This document shows, piece after piece, positions 1 to 11,244 of a DNA stretch of 64,000 nt. The notes beneath the pieces were generated by a model. That model ran no database searches. It was not told the origin of the DNA and saw nothing but the letters and a program-made list of their open reading frames with translations. The stretch spans positions 112,306 to 176,305 of IMG/VR virus record IMGVR_UViG_3300044606_000144. One strand, written 5' to 3'. Within the stretch, counting starts at the first letter, position 1. Every line of letters begins with the position of its first letter. A program made the translations under genes and the position numbers. Source of the stretch: a virus.

Positions 1-75
1 ATATTATGACCATCCACACTACTAAAATTATATCTGGTATATCCACAACAATCACTCCTTTATATAATTGTTAAT

Positions 76-104
76 ATTATACTATAAAATAACCAGTTTG
101 TAAA
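76..104 (-). promoter_or_regulatory. sigma70/sigmaA-type early promoter
   Basis: TTTACA-17bp-TATAAT on the minus strand; the same motif recurs about 20 times in the window. Confidence 0.75.
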
Positions 105-110
105 TAGTAG

Positions 111-132
111 AAAAGACCCTTTCGGGTCTTTT
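111..132 (-). terminator. intrinsic terminator
   Basis: AAAAGACCC-TTTC-GGGTCTTTT hairpin just after the stop of 137..526. Confidence 0.8.
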
Positions 133-136
133 CAGT

Positions 137-526
137 TTAATTAACTATCTTCAATCTTTTCTTAACTTCTATTTTTCTTTTGCACCAATCATATATTACT
201 GCTAATGTTAATATATACAATAACAGATAACTCACGGAAATCAATATACTACCAGTCAAACCAAAAATTAACAGTGTAAAACATACTGCGCCAAATAAAC
301 ATAACAATAAAATTGCTATTATTCCTATCAACATAATAAAAGGCATCGATCGATGTATTATATATAATAGACTAAATAAAAAATCACCCTCATTTAATTC
401 CGGAAAGTTTTTATAAATATACATTTTGGTAATAATTTCCATTTGTTCGTTCGTAGATAACCAGCCCATTTGTATCCGCTTATTTAATTCTTCTATTCTT
501 TTATCAGTAGACATCTTGTCCTCCAA
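137..526 (-). CDS. hypothetical membrane protein
   Basis: ORF with a long hydrophobic segment. Confidence 0.6.
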   Translation of the reverse strand: MEDKMSTDKRIEELNKRIQMGWLSTNEQMEIITKMYIYKNFPELNEGDFLFSLLYIIHRSMPFIMLIGIIAILLLCLFGAVCFTLLIFGLTGSILISVSYLLLYILTLAVIYDWCKRKIEVKKRLKIVN

Positions 527-1303
527 TCAAAACAACGCCGTTCCACACCTGTCACAGTAGTTTTGCTTACTGTTGCAAACTTTTCCACATGTTTCACATC
601 TAATCTTATCAGAAACTGTTATTGGAGTTTCAATTTTTTTCTTGTTATCATTAAACCCCTTTAAGTTTAGTACAATTACGTGCTTGTTTGACTCCAAGTC
701 TCCAATGTAACCTCTAGTAAAAGACTGTTCTGACTTAGAACCTTTGACTGTTATACCAACATCATAGGTTGGAGAATATTGCTCATTGTCATTACATATA
801 TAACTTGATGAAACAACTGATGTAGTTTCATTGAAAAGCTTGATCATTTTAGCAGTGTTGTCATCTACATTGTCTTTCCAAGTTACACGATAGGGTTCAA
901 CGTCCTTAGGTGTACTCCACCAATCCCATTCCCAATGTTTATAAATTGGGATGTCAATTGTTTCACGTTCAAACTGATACTCAACTCGAATGAGACCGTC
1001 ATCAATTTTGTCTCCACGATAATTACTAATTTCTTCAGTCTTTTCAATGAATTTGAATCGATTGTTTGTTTTGTAAAAGCGTTCTAACTCAATTTCACTG
1101 TTGGGACCAACAACTAACCCACTACCGAGAGAAAATAAAGATTCTCCATCAATCCATATGTTAACTAGGGCTTTGCGACTGTTGAGATTCTTGATTAAAA
1201 TTGAATACTCTTGACCAAAAGGTAGGAATACGTCATTCTTTTTCTCTCGCATTATCTTACCGTTGCACTTTACTACTGCTACTAACTGATTACTGTACAC
1301 CAT
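527..1303 (-). CDS. hypothetical protein with C-terminal zinc ribbon
   Basis: 258 aa; CETC..CDRC at the C-terminus; GAGGAG SD. Confidence 0.7.
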   Translation of the reverse strand: MVYSNQLVAVVKCNGKIMREKKNDVFLPFGQEYSILIKNLNSRKALVNIWIDGESLFSLGSGLVVGPNSEIELERFYKTNNRFKFIEKTEEISNYRGDKIDDGLIRVEYQFERETIDIPIYKHWEWDWWSTPKDVEPYRVTWKDNVDDNTAKMIKLFNETTSVVSSSYICNDNEQYSPTYDVGITVKGSKSEQSFTRGYIGDLESNKHVIVLNLKGFNDNKKKIETPITVSDKIRCETCGKVCNSKQNYCDRCGTALF

Positions 1304-2251
1304 TTTGCATCAAACTCCTCTATATTATTACGGGGTTCCGTCTAGAACCCTCTTCTTATTTAAAGACGGACTATATTAATGGAGATGCTACATATTAATC
1401 AATGCGTTCTAATTCTAAATACTTAACGTTGTCTCCTGTCATTTGTTCAATATAAACATCTTCATATTGTTTGACTTTATCAATCCTTTCAATTATTCTA
1501 ATTCAAAACCAAAGTTACATACTATCTGTTTAGCTTGTGATCCAGTAGAAGTTTGTTCACTATAAAATAATTCAACATCAATTTCAGGAATGCCATTCGT
1601 AGTAAACATTACTGGTGTGACTTTTACACTATTAGCTGAATATTTATCGTCATTAAATTCTGGAACTAACAATAGTTCAGTTAATATCTTTTCTGAAAAA
1701 ACCTCAAGAATATTATCTCCAGTTATAGGAGACTCTTCAGAACTTTTAATTTTATCAAAAGCTTTAATTACACAGTCTTCTAGTATTTTTGTAAGAACAT
1801 CAGGTTTAAATAGAACTTCATCTACTGTCTTATCGTTCATAATATTCATTTCCTTTTAATTATCTAAAAAATTCCAGAAATTTGTATTGATGAATGCTCC
1901 AATTTCCAGATCTATTGATTTATTTTCTTCGATTAATTTCTTAGCTACATTGACTAATTTTTCTTCTAATAGTTCATCCTCGAGTTGTTTATTCATGACT
2001 TTCAAATTTTTTTATTAAATCGGATAATCTTTCAAGCGATTTTGCAGTACTTTGACTAACTAGTACTCCAGCTTCCATATCATAACAAGTACAACGATTA
2101 ATGAGCTCAGCTAAACTATACAATTCTAAAATATCAGGTAAACTTTTACGTAAAAGATGTATGTCTTTTACATCGATATATGCCTTTTCATTAATTTCAT
2201 TTAATTGATCGATCAATTTAGACATATTAATATCCTTTCTGTATGTTTAAA

Positions 2252-2338
2252 TGGAGGAGAGTACAAGATTCGAACTTGTGTAGGTTTTACCCCGTCTCGG
2301 TCTTCCAAACCGGCCTATTACCACTCTAGCAACTCTCC
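2252..2338 (-). tRNA. tRNA-Ser(GGA)
   Basis: cloverleaf with GGAGAGT/ACTCTCC acceptor, long variable arm, encoded CCA. Confidence 0.9.
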
Positions 2339-2344
2339 GTATAA

Positions 2345-2986
2345 TTATAATACGATAACTCCAGCAGCTCGCATTTCTTCAATTGCGGCTTTAGTTGTTT
2401 CAGAATCTACTCCTTTACATAGATCGGAAATGACAATTACTTTAAACCCAGCTGCTACAAGATCCAGTGTAGTATTCTTTACACAATAATCAGTAGCCAA
2501 ACCAAAAACATAAAAAGTTTCAATATCATTTATTTGTCCAAGTTTAAGATATCGATTTTCTAGGAGATCTCTGGTTTTAACTTCTAGATTAAATGGAGAA
2601 TATTCTTCGCGATCTTCCTCTTGCCCCTTTTTAAATAAAATCATAGTATTCTCAAGCTTTGGCAAGAATTCGTCAATAAATTCTGTTGTAAATGCAAATT
2701 CAGCTCCATGAGTATCTTCAACACAATGGGCCGGCCACAGTCCACCATTTTCTTTAAAACTACAATGTTGAACCGGGTGTACATCTTTTGTAAAAATATA
2801 TGTTATATTATTAGCTGTATACCACAATCTTATAATAAATTCTTCAATTGGTAGAACTAGTTCTTTAGCTCCTAATACAGCTAAAGATCCATCAACAAAA
2901 TCATTTTGAAAATCAACAACTAAAATTGCAGTTGAAGATTTAGATTCGATTATATTATTTGTTATATATTTTAATAAATCCTTCAT
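2345..2986 (-). CDS. pncA: nicotinamidase (isochorismatase family)
   Basis: VDFQNDF..GSL, D.H...H.SF, WP.HC, G.ATDYCV motifs. Confidence 0.9.
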   Translation of the reverse strand: MKDLLKYITNNIIESKSSTAILVVDFQNDFVDGSLAVLGAKELVLPIEEFIIRLWYTANNITYIFTKDVHPVQHCSFKENGGLWPAHCVEDTHGAEFAFTTEFIDEFLPKLENTMILFKKGQEEDREEYSPFNLEVKTRDLLENRYLKLGQINDIETFYVFGLATDYCVKNTTLDLVAAGFKVIVISDLCKGVDSETTKAAIEEMRAAGVIVL

Positions 2987-3012
2987 TTTAATTCCTCCAA
3001 TCAATAATCATT

Positions 3013-3103
3013 TGGCGGAGAGCGCCGGTCCCGACCCGAATTCGCGTTAAACGAACGAACTGCTTAGCAGGCAGCCCTAGAAACCCCGTCTAGTTCACTC
3101 TCC
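3013..3103 (-). tRNA. tRNA-Ser(GCT)
   Basis: GCTGC-CTGCTAA-GCAGT arm, long variable arm, atypical T-loop GTCGGGA, CCA. Confidence 0.85.
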
Positions 3104-3453
3104 GTATATTAAAATGGTCCAAAATCTTTAAAACCATTAGTAACTTGATAAAATATGTATCCTAAACAAGCAATTATTCCAACAACTATTCCAATCGATA
3201 TCCATGCCGCCGGAATTAATATTGAATTAATGCTCATTTTATATTAACAAATAAAACTCTTTCGTTTATTGGAAATACTGGCTCTTCTGTTAAAGCTGGA
3301 TCTGATGTTACTTCAAACTCAGTTAGACCACGTTCGTCTTTAACATATTTACCATACTCAAGCATTCTGAAGATATTGCCAATTCGCAAATCTTCAAACT
3401 CAACTTTAACCCACTCATTGTCTTTTAATATTTCAACTACTCTATTAGTGTCA

Positions 3454-4230
3454 TCACCAGGGTTCATTAAGTTCATCCTCCAAAATAATCTTGTGAACTG
3501 GTTTCATATTAATAAATTCTATCTTTTCCAAAATCTGTTCTTTTGTTGCAAAAAATCTGAAATATCTGAAAGCATTGATTGCAAACGTTGGACTCATTAC
3601 ATCAACATTCTTGAAATCTAATGTAATTTCCTTCCCCGGTCTTCTCCATATCGATTTATTTGCAAGATGCGATAGATACTTCTCTCTAAAACCTTCTCCA
3701 CTATATGGACCTTGGATTTTTGAAGAATAAGCTAACCTGGAATTAAATTCGATACCGACATCAATTATTCTATCTCCCATCAAAGCTTTCTCCACATCTA
3801 GATTTTTCATTCCTTCAAAATAAGGTTCATTATCAAAGAAATAATCAACCATTTCTTTAAGAGTTTTAATATGATGATCGAATCCTGTATAGCTTCCGAA
3901 TGTAGTCAAGTTCTGATTTCTTATACCATACTTTTCATCTAGGTATGATATTAAATCAAAATCATCCAATTCTGTTGTTGCTATAAAATAACCTTTATAA
4001 ATAAGCATATCCCATCCAGTATTTATCTTACTTAGATGTTTTATTTCTTTATTTAAAATACTCTCTATTGCTTTTTTCTGTTTCTTTTCTTTTCTATCAA
4101 AGTCTTCTAGTGTAATGTTTGGTTTTTCATTTTTAGCTGCAAAACTTATCTTATCAAAACCTAGTATGCTTATTGGTATGATGAAACTGCTTGAACTACT
4201 ATTTGATACGAAACCATTTCGTATTTTCAT
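3454..4230 (-). CDS. phage protein with N-terminal GFVSNSSSSSF motif and possible STAS-like C-terminus
   Basis: MKIRNGFVSNSSSSSF start; C-terminal SGEGFRE..ITLDFKNV..SPTF segment. Confidence 0.6.
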   Translation of the reverse strand: MKIRNGFVSNSSSSSFIIPISILGFDKISFAAKNEKPNITLEDFDRKEKKQKKAIESILNKEIKHLSKINTGWDMLIYKGYFIATTELDDFDLISYLDEKYGIRNQNLTTFGSYTGFDHHIKTLKEMVDYFFDNEPYFEGMKNLDVEKALMGDRIIDVGIEFNSRLAYSSKIQGPYSGEGFREKYLSHLANKSIWRRPGKEITLDFKNVDVMSPTFAINAFRYFRFFATKEQILEKIEFINMKPVHKIILEDELNEPW

Positions 4231-4243
4231 TTATTATTCTCCA

Positions 4244-5692
4244 TTAATTATTAGAGTAACTTTTCTTAATATTTATAGCAAGAGTTTTTTTCTTTTCAAT
4301 CAATGTATCGTCCAAATCGACTTTATATACATGAGGTTTATCTAGCCGCTTATATTCATCCCATAGATGCTGAATATCATTTTCACATTGATATACTGCT
4401 GATTTAATATCATGATTCATCAACTTAATATTTTTAAGCAAATATTTATATTTATATGAATTCTCTTTAATTGTCATCGTTTTTAATGGATCAAGTTCAT
4501 CCTGAATATTAACTTCAGGATATCCAAGATATGCATCAAATTTTACTTTTTTATAGTCAACGATTAGATCAGCTAAATATTTTCCTTTATTAATATCAGT
4601 AAACCTAACAACAGCCTTTTTACCTGGAGTTGTTCTTTTTGCTATATTCTCAGAAAATTTCATGATTGGTTGACCATCAAGCATTGCTAATTTATATACC
4701 GCTCCAAGAGCACCTTGAGTTCCGCCTGTAATTAGATTGGTACCAACACCCCAAGAATTGATCTCAGATTTCTGAGTTTTCAGAGATTGTATAGAGTATT
4801 CATCTAAATCATTACTAGCAACGATAACAGCATTATATATCGCCTCATCAACCAAAGCCTTACGAACCTTCTTTGATAGATAGGCCAAATCTCCAGAATC
4901 TAGTCGAACTCCAAACTTATTAGGTAGACCTCGTCGAGAAACCATCTCATGATATGTTCTGATGGCATTGGGGATACCTGAGTTAAGGACATCATATGTG
5001 TCTATAAGCAAGATGCATGTTTTATCCCAATACTGATCAGCGAATGTCATGAAAGAATCGTATTCAGAGTTAAAAGATTGAACCCAGCTATGTGAATGAG
5101 TACCCATGACAGGTATATCAAATTCTTTTCCTGCCAATGTATTTGATGTTCCCTTAACTCCACCAATAAAAGCAGCTCTTGAACCCCAAAGACCTGCATC
5201 CGGTGTTTGTGCCCGACGTAGTCCAAAATCCATAACCAAATCATTCTCAGCCGCCTCAACTATCCTGCGCGCTTTTGTCGCAATTAGAGTATTAAAATTG
5301 ATTAAACTTAAAAGATTGGCCTCAATGATATGACAATCAATCAATGGTGCCTCAACCCTAATCAGTGGTTCATTTGGGAAAACTACAGATCCTTCGTCAA
5401 TTGCATAAACTGAACCGGTCCACTTAAAATTCAACAAATATTCATGAAATTCAGAATTGGTTATACCATTTTCCTTAAGGAATTCAATATCATCAGAAGT
5501 AAAATGGAGGTTGTCTAGATAATGTTTAACTGCAGTAACTCCAGACAATATTGAGTATCCTCCGTTAAAAGGATTCTTTCTGAAAAATACGTCAAACACT
5601 GCATTTTTAAACACAATGTTGGATTTAAAGAATCCCTGACCCATTGTGAACTCATAAAAATCTGAAGATAGTCCAGATGTTATCATATACAT
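4244..5692 (-). CDS. pncB: nicotinate phosphoribosyltransferase
   Basis: DFYEFTM, DFGLRRAQ, GTHSHSW, LIDTYD, RLDSGDL, ASNDLDE, GVGT motifs. Confidence 0.93.
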   Translation of the reverse strand: MYMITSGLSSDFYEFTMGQGFFKSNIVFKNAVFDVFFRKNPFNGGYSILSGVTAVKHYLDNLHFTSDDIEFLKENGITNSEFHEYLLNFKWTGSVYAIDEGSVVFPNEPLIRVEAPLIDCHIIEANLLSLINFNTLIATKARRIVEAAENDLVMDFGLRRAQTPDAGLWGSRAAFIGGVKGTSNTLAGKEFDIPVMGTHSHSWVQSFNSEYDSFMTFADQYWDKTCILLIDTYDVLNSGIPNAIRTYHEMVSRRGLPNKFGVRLDSGDLAYLSKKVRKALVDEAIYNAVIVASNDLDEYSIQSLKTQKSEINSWGVGTNLITGGTQGALGAVYKLAMLDGQPIMKFSENIAKRTTPGKKAVVRFTDINKGKYLADLIVDYKKVKFDAYLGYPEVNIQDELDPLKTMTIKENSYKYKYLLKNIKLMNHDIKSAVYQCENDIQHLWDEYKRLDKPHVYKVDLDDTLIEKKKTLAINIKKSYSNN

Positions 5693-5721
5693 TCCTCCAT
5701 TGGTATTCATCTTATAGTCAT

Positions 5722-5750
5722 ATTATACCACAATGCAAATGATTTGTATA
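5722..5750 (-). promoter_or_regulatory. early promoter upstream of pncB
   Basis: TATACA-17bp-TATAAT with TG extension. Confidence 0.65.
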
Positions 5751-5754
5751 TAGG

Positions 5755-6483
5755 TTAAACAAAAAGGTTATAGAAGTCTAATAATTCTGTAAAGGCAGAA
5801 ATAGGATAAGTATGTTTAGTTGCAAAGCACCCTGCTATGCAACCAAAAGATATGTCATCTAGTTGTTCAATACCCCAGCGACCACATAATGGACATGTCA
5901 TCTGTAACATGAATTTTTTGACTGCAAGATTAATTGGGAATTCTCCGTTTTTAGCCATTTCGAAATTTTGAAACTCTTTAACTGAAGATACATTGCACCA
6001 GAATCTAAAACTCTTATTAAAATCAAATTCATCTAATCTTTCATTTTCTATCTCAATAATTCCAATTTTATCTCCATTGGCTAGATCAATAAAGACATCA
6101 ACTGAAACTAAACCGCTTAAAAATTCATATCTCATTTTACTAATACTACATTTAGAATATGGACTATTTTCAAATACCGCCATCTGCAATTTGTAGTCTT
6201 GTTTAGTTAATTCAATTTCATTTTCATTTCTTATGATTGATCCTGCTTCATATTTAGTCGACAATTTTTCAGTTAAATAGAATTTATCTTGAGATTCATT
6301 TGCAAATCGGATGTTAATTGTAGTTGCATGCCTAAGCCGATAGGTATTCATTTCATTGTAAAAATAAGTTTGATTTATAAACTTAGATGTTCTTGAATTG
6401 ACAAGGGTATCATATGTTGTTCTTGGAATAACTGTTAGGAACTTAAATTCCTTTTCAATCTTCTTCATATCACTCAACTCCAC
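5755..6483 (-). CDS. CYTH-like domain protein
   Basis: EKEFKF, INQTY, RLR, ENEIEL, ISKMRY, VDVF, IEIE pattern of the CYTH/TTM fold. Confidence 0.7.
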   Translation of the reverse strand: MELSDMKKIEKEFKFLTVIPRTTYDTLVNSRTSKFINQTYFYNEMNTYRLRHATTINIRFANESQDKFYLTEKLSTKYEAGSIIRNENEIELTKQDYKLQMAVFENSPYSKCSISKMRYEFLSGLVSVDVFIDLANGDKIGIIEIENERLDEFDFNKSFRFWCNVSSVKEFQNFEMAKNGEFPINLAVKKFMLQMTCPLCGRWGIEQLDDISFGCIAGCFATKHTYPISAFTELLDFYNLFV

Positions 6484-6887
6484 AAATCATTAAAATATTT
6501 ATAAAATAGTTTAAGACCCCTATTATATTTTTTCCAATATTTTTCATCATCAAAGACGTGTTTATCATATTCTCCACTGACAATCTGTTCAAATGGAAAT
6601 ATCATTTTACTTAAAATTTTATCCCATTTTTCTTCAGTTAGTCGTGCAGGAAACCCGGGTGTATGATCCTTAAAATATATTAATCTCGGATAGATGAAAA
6701 AAGCTATCGTTGTAAACAATGACCAGGTTTCTCGAGAATCAAAACCATATTTTTCACGCTGACTCTTCCATTTATCTTGCCTATTATCATTAGCTAAATG
6801 TTTACTGAATTTATCATTCCAAAATAGTCTTTCCGGATCAACTTTTAGTTTACTTTCATAATAACCTAGTTTTTTAATCTTCGCCAT
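6474..6887 (-). CDS. hypothetical phage protein
   Basis: ORF in a tightly packed operon. Confidence 0.6.
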   Translation of the reverse strand: MAKIKKLGYYESKLKVDPERLFWNDKFSKHLANDNRQDKWKSQREKYGFDSRETWSLFTTIAFFIYPRLIYFKDHTPGFPARLTEEKWDKILSKMIFPFEQIVSGEYDKHVFDDEKYWKKYNRGLKLFYKYFNDLWS

Positions 6888-7242
6888 GATTTCCTCCCAT
6901 TAAACCAAGTAAGATTTTGTCTGGAATTCCAATATATTCATAAAACATAAAACTAGATCCTCCGACAGAAACTTTTTGGTTTTTAACATCAACACATAAA
7001 ATATTGTATTCATTATCAGTTTGATATGTTGAAATACCGTATCCAGTTTCTTCCATGACCTCATCTTGAATCATTTCAGAAAAAATGATTCGAGTTAGAT
7101 ACGGAAAATCTTTCCAGCGATTTTTCCCTCTACGCAATGCTTCTTTCAATACAACCGCGAGATCAGCTCCATCCCAGTGAGAATATAGATAAATTTCATT
7201 TCCATATTCATCAATCACACAAATATTTGCTCTTTCACCCAT
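6874..7242 (-). CDS. hypothetical phage protein
   Basis: ORF with YLYSHWDG motif. Confidence 0.6.
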   Translation of the reverse strand: MGERANICVIDEYGNEIYLYSHWDGADLAVVLKEALRRGKNRWKDFPYLTRIIFSEMIQDEVMEETGYGISTYQTDNEYNILCVDVKNQKVSVGGSSFMFYEYIGIPDKILLGLMGGNHGED

Positions 7243-7583
7243 TTTAATTTCGCCTCTCCATTAGTATAAGGATCAAACACAATATCAAAACCCATATCAT
7301 AATATGCATTATAATGCAGTTCGTCATGATTACCCATGATTAATATTTTAGATCTACCAGGAAGATGATGTATATTAACTGGCTTAAAAGTAAAATCACC
7401 GAGCAATATAACGGTATCATTTTTTCCAACGATATTTTTCCAATTATTAATAATTATTTCATCACAATTAATTGGTCTATTACAAAATCCAATGATGCTT
7501 TCATCACCAAAATGCGTATCAGATAAAAACCAAACTATATCTTCTGGTTGGATCTCAAGGTTTGTTTGTGTTTTATATTTCAA
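7215..7583 (-). CDS. calcineurin-like metallophosphoesterase, apparently C-terminally truncated
   Basis: SDTHF, LGDF, GNHD motifs present; later His motifs absent. Confidence 0.7.
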   Translation of the reverse strand: MKYKTQTNLEIQPEDIVWFLSDTHFGDESIIGFCNRPINCDEIIINNWKNIVGKNDTVILLGDFTFKPVNIHHLPGRSKILIMGNHDELHYNAYYDMGFDIVFDPYTNGEAKLKWVKEQIFV

Positions 7584-7854
7584 AATATTTTCCTTTCTGT
7601 ATTATCATTAACAACTAGTTCGGCAAAAAGCATTGTCATTGCTCCAATTTGTTTTAATTCCTCGTATAATGCATGATTTCCTGAATTATTTTTTATCGCA
7701 TCCCAAGCTTCTTCAAACTCTTCGCGAATAACGCTAATCGCTTCATGCCTTGATATGAAATCTCGGCCATATTTATTTCTCATTTCTATAGCATGTTCAA
7801 CCATCTCTTTTGAAACTTCATTAAGCCAAATAATTCGATCTTCACTTATATCCA

Positions 7855-8394
7855 TTAGATCACCCAAGAATCATAATATCTTGTGAAGATTTTAGCAATG
7901 TTTTCAGCATCATCGATTCCACGATGATGAGTTCCTATAAGAGGAAGATTCAACATTCTTAAAGCTGCCTCCATTCCAACACCTCGAGAAGGCACAGGAT
8001 GAGCAATGTGAACTTTATGAAATTGATGCTTTAGACTGATATGATTGTAGATAAAGTTATAATTTAACCCATATCTTGTGCAGTCTTTAATCATCTGCTT
8101 CTTATCATAAAAGCCCCATGAACAAAAAACTGCATGATTTCCAGTCCACTCTAGAAATTTCTTAAGAACTGTTGGAAAACTGTCAGCTCGATCGACATCT
8201 TGCTGAGTTATCGATGTCAATTTTTTACAAAATGGAGTTAGAATTGGATTAACTTTTGGTTTAATAAAACTATCAAAAGTACCAATTCTCACTTTATCTC
8301 CAAATTGAACTGCTCCAATCTCAATAATTTCATTATCGAAACCAGGATGATTCTCATCACATGTAGCTTCTAAATCAAAAACAATAAATCTCAT
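7855..8394 (-). CDS. DEDDh 3'-5' exonuclease (ERI-1/KapD-like)
   Basis: DLEATC, EIIEIGAV, LTSITQ, HRGIDDA. Confidence 0.88.
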   Translation of the reverse strand: MRFIVFDLEATCDENHPGFDNEIIEIGAVQFGDKVRIGTFDSFIKPKVNPILTPFCKKLTSITQQDVDRADSFPTVLKKFLEWTGNHAVFCSWGFYDKKQMIKDCTRYGLNYNFIYNHISLKHQFHKVHIAHPVPSRGVGMEAALRMLNLPLIGTHHRGIDDAENIAKIFTRYYDSWVI

Positions 8395-8912
8395 AACTTA
8401 TCTAACCTTTCAACAATCTTGTCTAATTTTTTATCATCTAAATCAATATTTTCAATAAATATCAACCAATCAGCAAAGCTGGTCTTAATACTTTGATTCT
8501 TCTTCCAATCCTCAATATACTTAACATTGATCCACTTGTCATACATTCCTAAAAACTTAGCTTTAACACATTGTTTCTTAAATGATTCTAAAACTTTTTC
8601 GGAATAAATTTGTTTAGCAGAATATTTCATTATTTCAACACCTTCCAATATTCTGTAGCTAAAGATAATGCAACAAATTCATCAATCAACGCTCTTAACC
8701 CTTCTAAAGAATTTTCATATCCATCATATCCAATGCCAATAGCCCAAATATTGTCGAGGGCCGTGGCCATCCGAATATTAATATCAGATTTATCAAGTTT
8801 AGATTCTTTGCCAAGGTTATGGAAATCAATTTGTTCGTCAATCAATGAGTTAGCGGAAGAAATATTGTCTTCAGTAATATGCTGCATCAAATCACTCCAA
8901 TCTAGTACTAAT

Positions 8913-8941
8913 ATTATATCATCTTTTAACAGAAATGTAAA
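8913..8941 (-). promoter_or_regulatory. early promoter
   Basis: TTTACA-17bp-TGATATAAT directly after a hairpin at 8943-8966. Confidence 0.7.
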
Positions 8942-8991
8942 TGGCCCAAGATTTTCACTTGGGCCATGAAATTTAACAGCTTACAATTTAA

Positions 8992-9687
8992 CTATTGATT
9001 AACTTTAGCTTCAAGAGCTTCAATTTTAGCCATTAGCTCTTTAATTAGAGTTTCTTCGTAACTTTCACCAAGCTTAACTGTTAATCTAATACCATACCGA
9101 TCGACTTGACCTCGATTAGTTGAATAATCTACAAAAGCGTTTAGTGTTGTTTTTCGAGTATCTTTCAGTCTTAGATTTAAACCCAGAATAAATTGTGGAT
9201 CCTCTAGATCATCCATACGATTTTCTAGATTATCTAGGCGTTGATCTTGTTGAATATTCTTATCATTAATCGGTTCTAGAAGTTCTGCTAGTTGTTCTGG
9301 AGTAACAACATCAATCCATGTAGTATCAAAATCTTCATTCGAAACTTTACCTAAAACCTGACCGGCAGTTCCACCAGTTGGAACTCCTACACCAGGATCT
9401 CCTTTATCGCCCTTATCACCTTTAGGACCAGGAGCTCCATCTTGGCCATCTTTACCGTCAGCACCTGGAGGTCCTTGTGGCCCAGGTGGTCCTTGTTCAC
9501 CAACACCATACTCATCAATCAATTCAAGAATTCTTGCATCCACATCATCTTGAATATTTGTCCACAAGCCGGCTTCGCTACCTGCCTCATGCACCCACCA
9601 ACCAGCTTCAGGCGGAGAAGCTAATGAAATACTCGGGAGTAAAAGTAGAGAAAAAACCAGAATTACTGCTACTAAACACTTACGCAT
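8992..9687 (-). CDS. secreted collagen-like (Gly-X-Y) protein
   Basis: signal-peptide-like N-terminus, about 12 GXY triplets, coiled-coil segments. Confidence 0.75.
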   Translation of the reverse strand: MRKCLVAVILVFSLLLLPSISLASPPEAGWWVHEAGSEAGLWTNIQDDVDARILELIDEYGVGEQGPPGPQGPPGADGKDGQDGAPGPKGDKGDKGDPGVGVPTGGTAGQVLGKVSNEDFDTTWIDVVTPEQLAELLEPINDKNIQQDQRLDNLENRMDDLEDPQFILGLNLRLKDTRKTTLNAFVDYSTNRGQVDRYGIRLTVKLGESYEETLIKELMAKIEALEAKVNQ

Positions 9688-9847
9688 ATGATACCCTCCT
9701 TTAATTGTTGTTTGTTACATTTGTAATATCGTTCATTGTTTTTGTAACCATTTTAATGAAATTTTCTTTGATTTTCTGTTCGATGTATGCTTCTTTCCAA
9801 TCTGTTAACATATCAACCCATTCAAATCAATCCTTTCAATTTAATTA

Positions 9848-9934
9848 TGGAGGAGGGTGTGGAAATCGAATCCACGTAGGCTTTCACCTGCCTCGGTTTT
9901 CGAAACCGGCCCATTACCGCTCTGGCAACCCTCC
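9848..9934 (-). tRNA. tRNA-Ser(CGA)
   Basis: cloverleaf with long variable arm and CCA. Confidence 0.9.
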
Positions 9935-9974
9935 AAAAATAGTAAGAACAGTAGTTTAAACTGTCGCTAAATCC

Positions 9975-10220
9975 CTAAACAAGAAACATCATCATAATCC
10001 AAGTAATAAATGCCGCAGGAATTGTTGCTTGACCAATAAATGGAATGAATCCAATAAGAGCACCATGCCACATTTTAATTGCTTCAGGTTTACCAAAATA
10101 TACAAGCCAGGTATTGATTGTATATGGCCAAAGAAAAGCTCCAGCGATAATAGAAATGACTAATACAAAAATAAGGCTTCCGCAACCAAAAATAACTTTT
10201 GCTTTATCATCATTATACAT
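9975..10220 (-). CDS. small membrane protein
   Basis: hydrophobic 81 aa ORF. Confidence 0.6.
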   Translation of the reverse strand: MYNDDKAKVIFGCGSLIFVLVISIIAGAFLWPYTINTWLVYFGKPEAIKMWHGALIGFIPFIGQATIPAAFITWIMMMFLV

Positions 10221-10225
10221 TCGAA

Positions 10226-10786
10226 TTAATTCTCCTCATAACCGTCATAAGTTTTTTGTACTATCTCAGTATTAACTTTTTCAAATTCTTCAAGTGTCAT
10301 CAGTGAAAAGGAAAGACCGAATGCTTCCAGAACAAGCTTGTAACAATTCATATTCGGTGCATATTTGCCAGAGCTGAAAAATTCGATATCGTTTCCAATT
10401 TTTGCCAGACTTATAGCCGCGGCCGTTCCAGCGCTTCGACTGATTCCAGCTTCGCAATGAACAAGGATAAAATCGATATCATTTTCAATCTTATTGACAA
10501 ATTCCGCTACTCTCTTCGCTTGACCGCTTGACATCGCTCGATAGAATTTTCCATTGAAAATAGTGTCATCTTCAACATCATAAAAGCTAAGTCTAAGAAT
10601 ATCAATTAAACCTGGAGAATTTACAATATTAGCTTTTGGTTGATCTGGGTCAGTTATTGAAATAACAGCGAATCGAGAATTCTTAACTCTGCTATCATTT
10701 TCTTCGGAAAAATATTTTGTTATTGTTGCTATACCTTGACGACTAGTAACGTAGATTTTCATTTTAATCTCCTTTATTTTGGCCAA
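10226..10786 (-). CDS. protein-tyrosine/dual-specificity phosphatase family protein
   Basis: HCEAGISRS (CX5R) motif. Confidence 0.85.
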   Translation of the reverse strand: MAKIKEIKMKIYVTSRQGIATITKYFSEENDSRVKNSRFAVISITDPDQPKANIVNSPGLIDILRLSFYDVEDDTIFNGKFYRAMSSGQAKRVAEFVNKIENDIDFILVHCEAGISRSAGTAAAISLAKIGNDIEFFSSGKYAPNMNCYKLVLEAFGLSFSLMTLEEFEKVNTEIVQKTYDGYEEN

Positions 10787-11244
10787 ATATAAGGTAAATC
10801 ATCCGGTTCAGTCCAACCATACTGGCCATACCAAGTTGGATCTTTTCTTAATAGGTTGCTTCGGTGAGATGCATGAAAATCTTCTCTACCTAACCATTCT
10901 GGTTTATGTTCTATCGATATCAATTCAATGTGCGGCCGGTAATATTCCCAAGGTTTTCCCAATTCTGCATACTCAAAAGCTAATGACATAATCTTATCAT
11001 AACATGTATCTTTATAACCTCTCATCAGCCATTCATCACATACTGCTAAGCCATAACAGGCTAAACTGACAATATTTCTTTTCCACATCAATCGTGCTGG
11101 ATGATTTCGCCAAGCTTTTGATTGATAACTTGGCATAAATGTCTGCAGCAACTGTAAAGCTTCTACTCGTTGCTTGCCAAGTCTTTGCCTATCAAGACAT
11201 TGGGCTGATTTTCGATAATCTGGATATGGAAGAAATGTCTGCAT
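10774..11244 (-). CDS. pyrimidine-dimer DNA glycosylase-like protein (MSMEG_6728 type)
   Basis: MQTFLPY, RLGKQRVE, HPA..MW, SHRSNLLRKD. Confidence 0.8.
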   Translation of the reverse strand: MQTFLPYPDYRKSAQCLDRQRLGKQRVEALQLLQTFMPSYQSKAWRNHPARLMWKRNIVSLACYGLAVCDEWLMRGYKDTCYDKIMSLAFEYAELGKPWEYYRPHIELISIEHKPEWLGREDFHASHRSNLLRKDPTWYGQYGWTEPDDLPYIWPK

